Part shown: positions 49,755-60,118 of the stretch, piece after piece
Layout of the letters: each line of letters starts with the position of its first letter
Position numbering within the stretch: position 1 is the stretch's first letter
Assembly: GCA_963580245.1 (NCBI GenBank)
Contig: CAUZJO010000005.1
Location: 5,020 to 69,019 of the forward strand
Length of the DNA: 64,000 nt
Reading direction: 5' to 3'
Source of the DNA: Candidatus Sumerlaeia bacterium
GTDB taxonomy: Bacteria; Sumerlaeota; Sumerlaeia; MVZB01
The notes under the pieces: model-generated
Database searches by the model: none
Told to the model about the DNA's origin: nothing
What the model saw: only the letters and a program-made list of their open reading frames with translations
Made by a program: the position numbers and the translations under genes

Positions 49755-50873
49755 GTGAATAAATTACGCGCTCTGTCGCTCTTGGCTCTCTGCCTGCCAT
49801 TAAACGTTGCCGTCACCGAGCAACTCGCTCCGGTCGCCGGATCCCAAACGCCTGAGGCGCCGTCCTTGCTCATTCAATCGCCCCACGATTACCAGGTCTT
49901 CCAGCGCCGCGACCGCGGTGAAGGCGTCATCGCCGTCAGCGGCCGAGCGCCCGCGCAAGCCGATCGCGTTGAAGTCAGGTCCAGTGGCGAGTCCCCCTTC
50001 GGAGCCCTGCCGGAAGGCTGGTGCCCAGCCCCGCCGGGCGAGTTCGCGCTCTCGATGACGCTTCCGGCGGGCGGTTGGTATCAGCTCCACGCGCGTGCAT
50101 ATCAAGGCGACCGCCTGGTGGCCGAGACGACCGTCGATCACGTTGGCGTCGGCGAGGTCTTCGTCGGCGCGGGTCAATCCAACTCCACCAACAGCGGCGA
50201 GAAACGCATCCAGCAACACAGCGGAATGGTCAGCTCATTCAGCGGCGAACACTGGCAGCTCGCTGACGACCCCCAACCCGGCGCCGCCGACCTCTCCCAA
50301 GGCGGCAGCTTCTGGCCGGCCTTCGGCGACGCGCTTTATGAACGCTTCGGGGTTCCGATCGGCGTGGCGGTGACCGGTTACGGCGGCACGTCCGTCGAGC
50401 AGTGGCAGCCGGGCGGAGACCTGTTCGATCACATGATGACCCGCGTCCGGCAGCTCGGCCCGCTGGGTTTTCGCGCCGTGCTCTGGCACCAGGGCGAAAG
50501 CGATGTGGGGACCGAATCCGAGGTCTACTATCTCAAACTCAAGAACGTGATCCTCGCCTCCAAGGAGCGCGCCGGCTGGGAGTTCCCGTGGTTCGTGGCC
50601 CAGGTCTCCTACCACAACCCCGACAACCCCGCCTTCCCAACCACCCGCCTGGCCCAGCAACGTCTTTGGGACGACGGCGTCGCTCTCCAAGGCCCCGACA
50701 CCGACACCCTCACCGGCGACCACCGCGATCAGGACGGTCTCGGCATCCACTTCAGCCCCAAAGGCCTCCGCGTCCACGGCCAGATGTGGGCCGAGATCCT
50801 GGAACAATACGTTGAAGCGGTCCTTGGCGGGCAATCTTCAAGGAGCCTAGACGGTGCCCGTCCGAGCGGGTAA
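49755..50873 (+). CDS. secreted SGNH/SASA-type carbohydrate esterase (sialate O-acetylesterase-like, DUF303)
   Basis: Signal peptide. GQSNSTN nucleophile motif. Later D...H pair (LWHQGESD). Confidence 0.6.
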   Translation: MNKLRALSLLALCLPLNVAVTEQLAPVAGSQTPEAPSLLIQSPHDYQVFQRRDRGEGVIAVSGRAPAQADRVEVRSSGESPFGALPEGWCPAPPGEFALSMTLPAGGWYQLHARAYQGDRLVAETTVDHVGVGEVFVGAGQSNSTNSGEKRIQQHSGMVSSFSGEHWQLADDPQPGAADLSQGGSFWPAFGDALYERFGVPIGVAVTGYGGTSVEQWQPGGDLFDHMMTRVRQLGPLGFRAVLWHQGESDVGTESEVYYLKLKNVILASKERAGWEFPWFVAQVSYHNPDNPAFPTTRLAQQRLWDDGVALQGPDTDTLTGDHRDQDGLGIHFSPKGLRVHGQMWAEILEQYVEAVLGGQSSRSLDGARPSG

Positions 50874-50975
50874 GGGCGCGGCGGGGCCGCCTCCAAGGTT
50901 GCCCCCTCCATATAAGCCCCAAGCGCACCACCCTGCTCCATCTTTATTTTGAATTCGGCCCTCTGATCTCCTAGA

Positions 50976-51653
50976 GTGGGAAACGAATTTTGTTCGCCCT
51001 ATGAGAGGCACCGGACCGTGAACGCGCTAAACGAATTCCTCGACCGTCACCTGACCCCCGTGGCCAAGCTGATTTTCCTGATCAACGTCGTCGTTTATCT
51101 ATTGATCTTCATCGGCGATATCCTCAAACCCGGTTTCCACAGGCTTCTGGTCAGTATTTTTGGTCAGTCCCCCGTGCTCTCACTCCGTTATTTCCAAATT
51201 TGGCGATTCTTGACCTACAATTTCGTGCACGTCGGCTTCATGCACGTCCTCTTCAATATGATGATCTTCTTCTTCTTTGCGCCGAGGCTGGAGAACCGGT
51301 GGGGCGCCCGTTGGTTCTCTTTCTTTTACTTGGCGACCGGCATCGGGGCCGGCCTCTTTCATGCTCTGGTGATGAACAAGTCGTGGGGCCCAGTTATCGG
51401 CGCTTCTGGGGCCCTTATGGGCGTGATGCTGGCCTTCGCCGCCTATTATCCGGACCAGATTGTTTACTTTAACTTAATCTTCCCGATCAAGATCAAGTAT
51501 CTCATGCCCATTCTGATTGGCTTCGACGTCTTCGGGATGCGCAGCGGAGATGGAGTCTCCCACCTGACGCATTTGTCGGGTCTGGCCGTGGCTTATGTGC
51601 TCCTCGCGCGTTATCACCGCGACTGGGACATTCGCCATTGGCGTTGGCGCTGA
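50976..51653 (+). CDS. rhomboid family intramembrane serine protease
   Basis: GASGALMG catalytic Ser motif. Downstream His in SHLTHLSGL. Six TM segments. The start is ambiguous (GTG 50976 or an internal GTG). Confidence 0.8.
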   Translation: MGNEFCSPYERHRTVNALNEFLDRHLTPVAKLIFLINVVVYLLIFIGDILKPGFHRLLVSIFGQSPVLSLRYFQIWRFLTYNFVHVGFMHVLFNMMIFFFFAPRLENRWGARWFSFFYLATGIGAGLFHALVMNKSWGPVIGASGALMGVMLAFAAYYPDQIVYFNLIFPIKIKYLMPILIGFDVFGMRSGDGVSHLTHLSGLAVAYVLLARYHRDWDIRHWRWR

Positions 51654-51686
51654 CTCTTCTCGCCGGATTACGGATCGCCATTTACC

Positions 51687-52028
51687 ATGCGCGAAGACGA
51701 GGCCATCTACCCGTTTTGGCTGGAAGAGACCGGCGAGCCGGGACGCTGGCGGCTCGGACTGAGCGAAGTTTATCTCGAAACGCTGACCCACCCGCTCGTC
51801 GGCCTCGAACTGACCGCGCCGCCGACGTGCGTGAACCACGGCGACACGTTCGGGTTTCTCCACACCGACAGTGGCAGCCTCGACTTGCGCGCGCCGTTCC
51901 GGATGGAAATCCTCGAAACCAACCACGCCGCGCTCGCCGACGCCCGCTTGGTCAGGCTTTCACCTTATGGCCGAGGCTGGCTGGCCCTCGTTCGCGTTTT
52001 TGAAGCGAATCGGCCCGAACCGGTTTGA
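51687..52028 (+). CDS. GcvH-like protein (glycine-cleavage H family) lacking the lipoyl-lysine
   Basis: Aligns to GcvH (WL...GxxxVGIT-like, C-terminal SPYGRGWL like EPYAGGWI). The position of the lipoylated Lys (SVKAAS) reads TDSGSL. Confidence 0.5.
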   Translation: MREDEAIYPFWLEETGEPGRWRLGLSEVYLETLTHPLVGLELTAPPTCVNHGDTFGFLHTDSGSLDLRAPFRMEILETNHAALADARLVRLSPYGRGWLALVRVFEANRPEPV

Positions 52029-52099
52029 TCGAATGGGCATGGAAATCCAATTGACGCGTTTGGACTTGTTCCGCGGACATCAACCGGCCGAGCGTGCCA

Positions 52100-54712
52100 T
52101 CAGGAAAGCCGTTCGATGCGCTCGACCACGTCCTGGAACGAGGCGTCGACCCGAAACAGGCGTTTGTAGTACTTCTTGGCCTGTTCGGTCCGTTTGAGTT
52201 TCTCCATCAGGCGCGCCACGATGTAATGGAATTCCATCAATTCCGGGTGCTGTTCGGCAATCTGTCGCGTGAGCATGATGGGCTCCAAGATCTCGTCGGC
52301 CATTTCGAACATCCCGCGATCGCACAGGTTGATGGCCATCTTGGCCAGCGCCACGTTGGCTAGCGAATCTTCGTCGGACGCGCGTTGATAGTGGGCGATC
52401 GCCTGTCCCAGTTGCCCCAGTTCGGTGTGCAACTCCGCCTTCTCGAAATGCTCGGCCGCGGTCAGCTTGTCCTCACGCTGGCGCTCGTCCAGGATGTCCA
52501 CGCGGTAGAGCATGCGGTTCTTTCGTAGCCGGGGTTCAAGTTCCGTGAGCCGGCCGTCTCCGGGGTTGGCGGCAAGCACTTGGGAGTAGATCTCCCAGAC
52601 CTGCTCGTGGTCGCCCAACTTTTGCAGGATCTCGATGAGCATCAGCATGAACGGAACGTCCTGGACCAAGTCTTCGGCAAGCCGTAAGCCAAGCGGGGCG
52701 GCTTCCTCGATGTCTCCCAACCGATAGGCCGCCTCGACCCATAGCGCCTTGTCCTCGACCGCCAGCGGGCTGTCTTCCGCATCCGGCCGCGATCCCCATG
52801 CGTCGATCACCCCATGCCAATCCTGCTTCTTGTGAAACGCCGCGGCCAGCGCCCGTCGCGTATCGAGGTGCTCGGGCGCGCGCGCAAGTATCTTGCGGCA
52901 CATCTCGACCACCACCGCGTCCGGGTCCAGCGCCTTGCCGGACATCTCGCGGGTCAGGCGCAGCAGGTCTTCATAGCGGGCTTGCTCAAAGAGCAGGTCG
53001 CCGAGATAGTCGCGCAGCCGGAAATTCTCTCCAATCCCATCGATCGCCTCCATCAGCTTTTGCTCAACCACCGAGAACCGTGAGGGGTCGGTTTCAAGCA
53101 ATAACCCGCATTGGTCGATGATCTGACCTACGTCGCCCAGCGCAATCAGCGCGTCGATGAGTTCGGCCCGTTTTTCAACGTCCTCCGGCGTCTGCTCAAG
53201 CTCCGGAACCACTCGTTCCAGAACCTGCTCGTGGCGACCCCTCTCGATCTCGCCGCGCAGGTGGGTCAAGGAAGCATCCTCGGGGTCGGGCGCCAACTCG
53301 ACGGCAGCGTGGATCTCCTGAGTCGCCTTTTCCATCCGCTCAAGCTGGTACAGGGCCCGAGCGAAACGATAGTGCCCCCTCCAATCGCCGGGGATGACCT
53401 CGGTCATCCGTCGCAATGTATTCGCGACACGGTTCAGATTGTCATCGGCGGCCCACTGTTGGGCGCAGGTCAGGTAGTACTCGGGGTTGGGATCGCCCGC
53501 CTCGACCAGCCGCCGCAGGTGGTCGCGCGCCGACGTCATCTGGTCATTCTCCTGGTAATACTCGGCAAGTTTGCGACAGACGCGCAGGCGGCGGGGATCG
53601 TGCTGGATCACCTCCTCCAGAAGCTGGGCCCCTTCCCGACGTCGCATCTCGGCCTCATCCTCGATCAGCAGCATCCCCAAGTTGATCATGACCTCAAGGT
53701 GGTCGGGATGCTGTTCGAGGAGCTCTTTGTAGAGTTTAACGGCCTCGTTGTAGGGGGGACCTTCGTCCACTGAGATCAGTCGGACCAGTTCGACGGCCTG
53801 CGCCAGGTTCCCCAGACGGACGTTGAGTCGTTGGCGCAGCTTGAGCGTCTCGAAGGTCTCCGTGATCCGGTCCGTCTCCAGCAACTCCAGGGCTTTCGCT
53901 TCCTTACCCAGTGCCACGTAATCATCCAGAATGCGCCGGTCGATCATGAACTCCTTGGGCTTCAAGTCGCGCAGTCGCAACAGGCACTTCACGGCTTGCT
54001 TGCGATTGCCCAGGGCGCGCAAGCTGTGATCAAGGGCGCGCAAACTCTCCATGTCCCGCCATTGCGCAATGGGACCCAAAAGCTTGAACATGGCGGCGGC
54101 CGGACCGAATTCATCCTCCGCCGCGTAGAGCCGCCCGCACAGGCGTGTTGTATGTGGGTCTCCCGGTCGCAGCCGCAGGGCGCACCGCAGCAGCCGCAAC
54201 GCCGTCGGTCGCCAGCCACGCTCCGAAGCCCCCAGACCCATTTTTCGAGTCGCCCGTTCAACGACCGACTCGACCTGAATCCAGATAAGGGGCAGCAGCA
54301 AACCAACCGCCGGCGCCGCGGCATACGAAACCAGCCCGAATTCGCCCCTCGTCAGGACTTCCCAGTTGGCCAGATCGACACCCAGGATAAGGCTGAACGA
54401 CAGCAGATTGACATACACCCACCAGCGCGACCGAACGGCGACAAACGGGTTGAGATTCTTGGTATAGATCACCAGGCAGCCGAGCAGCGCGACCGCGGTG
54501 ATGGAGATCAGAAAAACGGGGGACTGGTGGGGCGCAACGTCAAGAAACCGGTCCAGCCCCGGGACCACCGAAGTTCCCGTGGCGGAGATCACCGGCTGAG
54601 AACCCAGCAGAACAGACACGCCCAACCATATCAGTGACTGTAACCCATAGCGGGACTTTGCGGGAACTCGGCCCATGTCATAATTATGGTGTAATCGCGC
54701 CGGGAGGGCCAA
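52100..54712 (-). CDS. large membrane-anchored TPR-repeat protein
   Basis: Four or more N-terminal TM helices, followed by ~700 aa of TPR-like helical repeats. Confidence 0.6.
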   Translation of the reverse strand: MALPARLHHNYDMGRVPAKSRYGLQSLIWLGVSVLLGSQPVISATGTSVVPGLDRFLDVAPHQSPVFLISITAVALLGCLVIYTKNLNPFVAVRSRWWVYVNLLSFSLILGVDLANWEVLTRGEFGLVSYAAAPAVGLLLPLIWIQVESVVERATRKMGLGASERGWRPTALRLLRCALRLRPGDPHTTRLCGRLYAAEDEFGPAAAMFKLLGPIAQWRDMESLRALDHSLRALGNRKQAVKCLLRLRDLKPKEFMIDRRILDDYVALGKEAKALELLETDRITETFETLKLRQRLNVRLGNLAQAVELVRLISVDEGPPYNEAVKLYKELLEQHPDHLEVMINLGMLLIEDEAEMRRREGAQLLEEVIQHDPRRLRVCRKLAEYYQENDQMTSARDHLRRLVEAGDPNPEYYLTCAQQWAADDNLNRVANTLRRMTEVIPGDWRGHYRFARALYQLERMEKATQEIHAAVELAPDPEDASLTHLRGEIERGRHEQVLERVVPELEQTPEDVEKRAELIDALIALGDVGQIIDQCGLLLETDPSRFSVVEQKLMEAIDGIGENFRLRDYLGDLLFEQARYEDLLRLTREMSGKALDPDAVVVEMCRKILARAPEHLDTRRALAAAFHKKQDWHGVIDAWGSRPDAEDSPLAVEDKALWVEAAYRLGDIEEAAPLGLRLAEDLVQDVPFMLMLIEILQKLGDHEQVWEIYSQVLAANPGDGRLTELEPRLRKNRMLYRVDILDERQREDKLTAAEHFEKAELHTELGQLGQAIAHYQRASDEDSLANVALAKMAINLCDRGMFEMADEILEPIMLTRQIAEQHPELMEFHYIVARLMEKLKRTEQAKKYYKRLFRVDASFQDVVERIERLS

Positions 54713-54767
54713 GCCTTAATGTATGACCGCTTTATCGCTCCCGGTGGGTGGGGGGGTGTTTTTTCGC

Positions 54768-55400
54768 CTAGCGGGAGTAAAGCTCCACGATCAACTGCTC
54801 TTTGATCTCGATATCGTTGATTTCTTGGCGACCGGGGATCTTGCGGAAAACCGCAGCCAGCGGTTCGGCGCTGAACTCGATCCAACCCTTGCGGCGGCCC
54901 TGCTTTTCGGTCAACACCAGCGCTTCGGAGACCGTCTTGCCGGTCCCCAGCTTATCGTTGAGCGTGATTTCGTCATTGGGGCGGACCTGAAACGAGGCGA
55001 TGTCGACCTTTCGGCCGTTGACCCGCACGTGTCCGTGATTAACCAGTTGGCGGGCTTGGGCGCGGGTGGAGGCGAATCCGGCCCGGTAAACCACATTGTC
55101 CAGGCGTCGTTCGAGCAACTGGAGCATGATTTCACCCGTGATCCCGCGCATGCGGTCGGCCTTCTTGAAATAGAGGATGAACTGACGTTCGAACACACCG
55201 TAGATCCGCTTGAGACTCTGTTTCTCGCGCAGCTGGATGGCATACGGAGTCAGTTTGATGCGTTGCTGAATGTGCATCCCCGGGGGAACGGGGCGCTTGG
55301 TCCAAGGGGTCTTGCCCTTGTAATAGCGTTCGCCCTTCAATTGAAGGTCTTTGCCCTCACGGCGACAGAGGCGGTCGACGGGGCCTGTGTAACGAGCCAC
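54768..55400 (-). CDS. rpsD: 30S ribosomal protein S4
   Basis: MARYTGPVDRLCRREG... full-length S4. Confidence 0.9.
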   Translation of the reverse strand: MARYTGPVDRLCRREGKDLQLKGERYYKGKTPWTKRPVPPGMHIQQRIKLTPYAIQLREKQSLKRIYGVFERQFILYFKKADRMRGITGEIMLQLLERRLDNVVYRAGFASTRAQARQLVNHGHVRVNGRKVDIASFQVRPNDEITLNDKLGTGKTVSEALVLTEKQGRRKGWIEFSAEPLAAVFRKIPGRQEINDIEIKEQLIVELYSR

Positions 55401-55435
55401 TGGAAATGTTCCTCCTCAAAGTTCGATTCGTAAAA

Positions 55436-55909
55436 TCATCCGGCACCGGCCGTTGCCTTGCGCCTCCTGCCCATTTCCTTGCGCAACTCGTGTCGGCGCT
55501 GCTTCATCGTCTTGCGCGTGGCCGGCGGACCCGCGCCTTCGGCGCCCGTCGCGGCGGTGTCGACAAACTCGACGAACGCCATCGGGGCACCGTCCCCCAT
55601 GCGCAGCCCATCGCGCACGATGCGCAGGTAGCCCCCCGGCCGCTCGGCCACCCGCGGGGCGATATTATCGAAGAGCTTGATGACGGCGGGACGGTCGTTG
55701 AGGCGGCTGATCGCCAGCCGCTTGGCGGCCAACGTCCCGTGCTTGGCCAACGTCACCAGTTCCTCGAGGAACGGGCGGAGTTGCTTGGCCTTGGCGTGCG
55801 TCGTCCGGATGCGCTCATGCTCAACCAGTGCCGCCGCAAGATTGCGCAGCAACGCCCGGCGGTGCTCGGAGGTCAGGTTCAGTTTACTGCTATGTTTTCG
55901 ATGTCGCAT
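55436..55909 (-). CDS. rplQ: 50S ribosomal protein L17
   Basis: MRHRKHSSKLNLTSEHR... L17 with a C-terminal extension. Confidence 0.9.
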   Translation of the reverse strand: MRHRKHSSKLNLTSEHRRALLRNLAAALVEHERIRTTHAKAKQLRPFLEELVTLAKHGTLAAKRLAISRLNDRPAVIKLFDNIAPRVAERPGGYLRIVRDGLRMGDGAPMAFVEFVDTAATGAEGAGPPATRKTMKQRRHELRKEMGRRRKATAGAG

Positions 55910-55944
55910 GGTCGTTTCCAGGCCCCTCGGCGCGGAGCAATCCG

Positions 55945-56958
55945 TTAACCCTCTTCCTCGCCCTGCAGGATGGGCATGCCGGTCTCGTCCATCCTCATAT
56001 TGAAGGTCAACCCCATCTCCTTGAGGATGTTCTTGATCTCGGTCAGCGACTTGCGCCCGAAGTTGCGATACTTCAGCATCTCGCTCTCGGTCTTCTGGAC
56101 CAGGTCGCGGATCGTCTTGATGCCGGCGGCCTCCAGGCAGTTATAGGAGCGGACCGACAGTTCCAGCTCTTCGATACTTTTGTCAAGCTTCTCCTCGATC
56201 TCGGAGATGGGCATGGCCTCCTCGGCCGCTTCGTCCAGAGTTTGCAGCGCCTCCATCTCCTCGCCGGGCCGCATGAAGATGTCCAGATGGTTTCTGAGGA
56301 TCTGCGCGGCCGTTGAGACCGCCTCCTCGGGCAGGACCGTCCCGTTGGTCGTCACCTCCAGGATGAGCCGGTCAAAGTCGGTCCGTTGCCCCAGACGGGC
56401 ACTTTCGTGGCGAAACTTCACGTTGCGCACCGGCGAGAAAACCGCGTCCAGGGCGATCAACCCGATGTCGTCGGGATCCTGTTTGAATTCGGAGGCCGGG
56501 ACGTAACCGCGCCCGGTCGCGATGTTGATCTCCATGCGCAGGACCGCGTCATCGGTCAAGTGGGCGATCACGTGGTTGGGATTGAGTATCTTGACGTCGG
56601 AGGTCAAATCGATCTTCGACGCCTTCACGTTGCCCGGCCCTTTGGCCTCCAGATAAACCGTGGCACCCGCGCTGGTGGGCGGCATCTTGATGTTGATCCC
56701 CTTCAGGTTGAGGATGATGTCGGAGATGTCCTCGCGTACGCCCTCGGTCTGGACGAACTCGTGAGGCACCCCCTCCATCCGGATCGAAACCACCGCCGCT
56801 CCGGGGATCGAGGACAACAGCACCCGTCGCAACGAATTGCCGATCGTCATCGCAAAGCCGCGTTCAAACGGCTCGCCGACAAAACGACCAAACGTCGGCG
56901 TCAACGAGTCAACCTCAACATTCAGGTGTCGGGGTTTAATCATCGATTTAAAATTCAT
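55945..56958 (-). CDS. rpoA: DNA-directed RNA polymerase alpha subunit
   Basis: N-terminal-domain and C-terminal-domain sequence similarity. Positioned between rpsK and rplQ. Confidence 0.9.
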   Translation of the reverse strand: MNFKSMIKPRHLNVEVDSLTPTFGRFVGEPFERGFAMTIGNSLRRVLLSSIPGAAVVSIRMEGVPHEFVQTEGVREDISDIILNLKGINIKMPPTSAGATVYLEAKGPGNVKASKIDLTSDVKILNPNHVIAHLTDDAVLRMEINIATGRGYVPASEFKQDPDDIGLIALDAVFSPVRNVKFRHESARLGQRTDFDRLILEVTTNGTVLPEEAVSTAAQILRNHLDIFMRPGEEMEALQTLDEAAEEAMPISEIEEKLDKSIEELELSVRSYNCLEAAGIKTIRDLVQKTESEMLKYRNFGRKSLTEIKNILKEMGLTFNMRMDETGMPILQGEEEG

Positions 56959-57057
56959 CGAGTCGCCTCTCCCTTAGGGGCAATTCCCACAATCGGGGAC
57001 TTTAGTATGGTTTTCGAACTGATGGCGAACCTGTCTTAATGTGGACCCAGTGGGAGG

Positions 57058-57453
57058 CTACACCCGGCGTTTCTTGGGCGGCTTGCAGCCGTTGTGCGGG
57101 ATCGGCGTCACGTCGCGAATGATCGTGATCTCCAACCCGCATGCCTGCAGCGAGCGGACCGCCGCCTCCCGACCCGAACCCGGGCCGCGCACATGGATCT
57201 CGACTTGGCGCACGCCGTGCTCCATGGCCCGCTTGGCGGCGTTCTCGGCGGCCAACTGCGCGGCGAACGGAGTGCTCTTGCGTGAGCCTTTGAAACCCGA
57301 GGAGCCGGCCGAGGCGCACGACAGTGTATCCCCCGCCAGATCGGTGATCGTCAAAATCGTGTTGTTGAACGTGGCGTAGAGATGAACAATCCCCTTGGCG
57401 ACGTTCTTCTTCGCCTTGTGCTTACCCTTTGCAGACTTGTTTTTCTTGGCCAT
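57058..57453 (-). CDS. rpsK: 30S ribosomal protein S11
   Basis: Full-length S11. Confidence 0.9.
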   Translation of the reverse strand: MAKKNKSAKGKHKAKKNVAKGIVHLYATFNNTILTITDLAGDTLSCASAGSSGFKGSRKSTPFAAQLAAENAAKRAMEHGVRQVEIHVRGPGSGREAAVRSLQACGLEITIIRDVTPIPHNGCKPPKKRRV

Positions 57454-57563
57454 ATTTGCGTGAATTACCCCCTACTCGAATCCAAAACGTTTCTTGATGT
57501 TTCTGCTCTGTCTCACTATTCCGACGGCGCACCCAACCGCCAACCCCCGCCGCGTTCCCCCGG

Positions 57564-57950
57564 CTAGCCCTTCGAGGGCACCTTCTTCTTACCCGCCACC
57601 GACTTGCGCGGACCCTTGCGAGTGCGCGCATTGGTTCGAGTCCGTTGACCCCGCGCGGGCAACCCTCGGATATGACGCTGTCCCCGATAGCACCCGATGT
57701 CCATCAACCGCTTGATGTTCAACTGGATCTCGCGCCGCAGATCGCCTTCCACCTTGAGGCCCGCATCCTGGATGATCGAGTTGAGCCGGCTGACCTCGAT
57801 CTCCGCCAGGTCCCGCACCCGGGTGTCGGGACTGATTTGGGCCTCCGCTAGCAGCTGGCGCGAGATCGTCGGGCCGATCCCATAGATATAGCGCAACCCG
57901 ATCTCCACTCTTTTCTCCCGTGGGAGGTCGACTCCGGCGATTCGAGCCAA
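57564..57950 (-). CDS. rpsM: 30S ribosomal protein S13
   Basis: [10 protein letters not shown]... S13. Confidence 0.9.
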   Translation of the reverse strand: MARIAGVDLPREKRVEIGLRYIYGIGPTISRQLLAEAQISPDTRVRDLAEIEVSRLNSIIQDAGLKVEGDLRREIQLNIKRLMDIGCYRGQRHIRGLPARGQRTRTNARTRKGPRKSVAGKKKVPSKG

Positions 57951-57997
57951 TGCCTTTTCTCCTTATTTCGAACTTCCGCCCCGTCACGGGCGGCGGT

Positions 57998-58111
57998 TCA
58001 GCCTTGACGCTGCTTATGCTTGGGGTTCTCGCAGATCACCCGCACCACGCCCTTGCGGCGGATAATCTTGCACTTGTTACATATCTTCCTGACGGATGCG
58101 CGGACCTTCAC
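57998..58111 (-). CDS. rpmJ: 50S ribosomal protein L36
   Basis: Found by hand: GTG start, translation [37 protein letters not shown]. Not in the 60-aa-and-over ORF track. Confidence 0.85.
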   Translation of the reverse strand: MKVRASVRKICNKCKIIRRKGVVRVICENPKHKQRQG

Positions 58112-58153
58112 CGGCGTCCTCCCTCTCCATTGCCGCGGCACCTGGAGCGCGGC

Positions 58154-58372
58154 TTATTTAAACCTGTAAGTGATCCGCCCCCGCGTCAGGTCATACGGCG
58201 AGAGCTCGACGGTCACCTTGTCGCCGGGCAGGATCCGGATGAAGTGCATGCGCATCTTCCCGGAAATATGCGCCAATACCTTTAAACCGTTTTCCAATTC
58301 CACACGGAACATCGCATTGGGCAACGGCTCAATAACGGTTCCCGAGATTTCTATCGCTTCTTCCTTCGCCAT
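58154..58372 (-). CDS. infA: translation initiation factor IF-1
   Basis: 72-aa S1-like OB fold; [13 protein letters not shown]... Confidence 0.9.
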   Translation of the reverse strand: MAKEEAIEISGTVIEPLPNAMFRVELENGLKVLAHISGKMRMHFIRILPGDKVTVELSPYDLTRGRITYRFK

Positions 58373-58430
58373 GAGGGCCCGATAATCGGATGGTTCCTTC
58401 GAGTTACGGATTCAATACCCGGATACTGGT

Positions 58431-58440
58431 GGGGGGGGGG
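58431..58440. repeat. G10 (C10 on the coding strand) homopolymer ~60 bp upstream of infA
   Basis: Ten consecutive G read directly, in the map-infA intergenic region. Confidence 0.8.
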
Positions 58441-58556
58441 ACGCACCTACTCCCTGCCAGCATACGCCGAACGCGGAATAGTATGTCACTCAAGACGGGG
58501 AATCAACCCCAAAAACAACTTTTTTCTGATTTTTTTCCGGCACCGGCCTGACCCTC

Positions 58557-59315
58557 TCAAGGGGCCGTCAGAATCAGCGGACCGTTGTGGGTCACCGCCA
58601 CCGTATGCTCCATGTGGGCCGACCTCTTTCCATCGGCCGTCACCACCGTCCACTTGTCATCCAGGGTGCGGGTGGCGTGGACCCCCGCGTTGACCATCGG
58701 TTCGATGCACACGACCATCCCCGGCTGCCAGCGGACCCCCTTGCCCGGCTCCCCGTAATTGGGAATCTTCGGCTCCTCGTGCAGTTTGCGGCCGATGCCG
58801 TGGCCGGTGTATTCTCGGACGATCGAGAACTCCCGCTCCTCGACAAACTCCTGGATCGCCCAGGACAGGTCTCCCAGCCGTTGCCCGGGTCTCAGGCAGT
58901 CGATCCCCAGCTGCAAAGCCTCGCTCGTCACGCGCATCAGCCGGTCCGACTCCTCATCGACCTTCCCCACGGGCACTGTCCGCGCCGTATCGACGTAGTA
59001 GCCGTCGCTCACCAGGCCAATGTCCAAACTGACGATGTCGCCCTGCCTCAGCGGGACCGCGTCGGGAATCCCGTGGACGACCTGCTCGTTGATCGAGGCG
59101 CACATCGTGCATGGGAAGCCGTAGAGGCCCAGAAACGCGGGGACGGCCTTGCGTTGGTCCAGCTCCGCCTTGGCGAAGCGGTCCAGCTCTTGAGTGGTCA
59201 CGCCCGGGCGCACCTGCTCGACCACCCGGTCCAGGACCTCGCGCAGGATCGCCCCTCCTCGGCGCATGATATTGATCTCATCCTGATTCTTCAGGATGAT
59301 CCGCTCCGCCGCCAT
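58557..59315 (-). CDS. map: methionine aminopeptidase type I
   Basis: Pita-bread fold motifs. Start at MAAERIILK, aligned to the E. coli MAP N-terminus. Confidence 0.85.
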   Translation of the reverse strand: MAAERIILKNQDEINIMRRGGAILREVLDRVVEQVRPGVTTQELDRFAKAELDQRKAVPAFLGLYGFPCTMCASINEQVVHGIPDAVPLRQGDIVSLDIGLVSDGYYVDTARTVPVGKVDEESDRLMRVTSEALQLGIDCLRPGQRLGDLSWAIQEFVEEREFSIVREYTGHGIGRKLHEEPKIPNYGEPGKGVRWQPGMVVCIEPMVNAGVHATRTLDDKWTVVTADGKRSAHMEHTVAVTHNGPLILTAP

Positions 59316-60030
59316 TACCCTTCCTCCGAGGCTCCCGTCGCCCCCCCTTTTGATCCTCGATATCGAGCTTTCGGAATTGCTCGCGTACCTGCTCGAAAAC
59401 CTCTCCGGGCGGCCCATCGGCCCGAACCCGAATCAGCCTCTGCTCGGGGCCGACTGCATCGAGGATCGGCTGGGTCTGCTGCTGGTAAATCCGCAAGCGC
59501 TCTCGAACCGAGTCAGGCAGGTCGTCGGCGCGCGTCGCCAGTTCGCCCCCGCAACGGTTGCACCGGCCCGCCTGCTTTGGAGGCTTGAATCGAGTGTGAT
59601 AGACGGTCCCACACTCCGAACACGTCAGCCGGCCGGCCAGCCGCTCGATGATCTCCGGCTCGTCAACGTCCAAATACAGAATCCCCGTGAATCCCATCGC
59701 GCCGGCCTTCAGCGATTGCTCGAGGAATTGGAGCTGACCGACTGTTCGGGGGTAGCCATCGAGCAGCAGTCGAGGATGGCTGTGGAAATTTCGCCGGAGC
59801 CTGTTCAGGACCAGTTCGTTGATCAAATCGTCGGGTGCCAGCTCGCCCCGGCTGATCAAATCTTCCACTTGGCGGCCCAGGGGGGTCACCTCCTGGATTT
59901 CCTTGCGCAGCATCTGGCCGGTAGACAGGTGACGGAAACCGAAGCAGTCGCTGATACGATCGGCTTGCGTTCCCTTGCCGCAGCCCGGCGGCCCCATAAT
60001 CACTACAATGACCGCCTCGGCCCCTTCCAC
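59278..60030 (-). CDS. adk: adenylate kinase (long form with a zinc lid and a basic C-terminal tail)
   Basis: P-loop GPPGCGKGTQ. CxxC...CxxC lid. GTG start inferred. Confidence 0.8.
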   Translation of the reverse strand: MEGAEAVIVVIMGPPGCGKGTQADRISDCFGFRHLSTGQMLRKEIQEVTPLGRQVEDLISRGELAPDDLINELVLNRLRRNFHSHPRLLLDGYPRTVGQLQFLEQSLKAGAMGFTGILYLDVDEPEIIERLAGRLTCSECGTVYHTRFKPPKQAGRCNRCGGELATRADDLPDSVRERLRIYQQQTQPILDAVGPEQRLIRVRADGPPGEVFEQVREQFRKLDIEDQKGGRREPRRKGNGGGADHPEESG

Positions 60031-60118
60031 GTCGCTACTCCGAGTATGGTTGTGAGAGAACGGCCCAGACAAAGGCTCGAACCCCATGTCGCGGGAAGGG
60101 TCCAGGCACCGACCTCAA

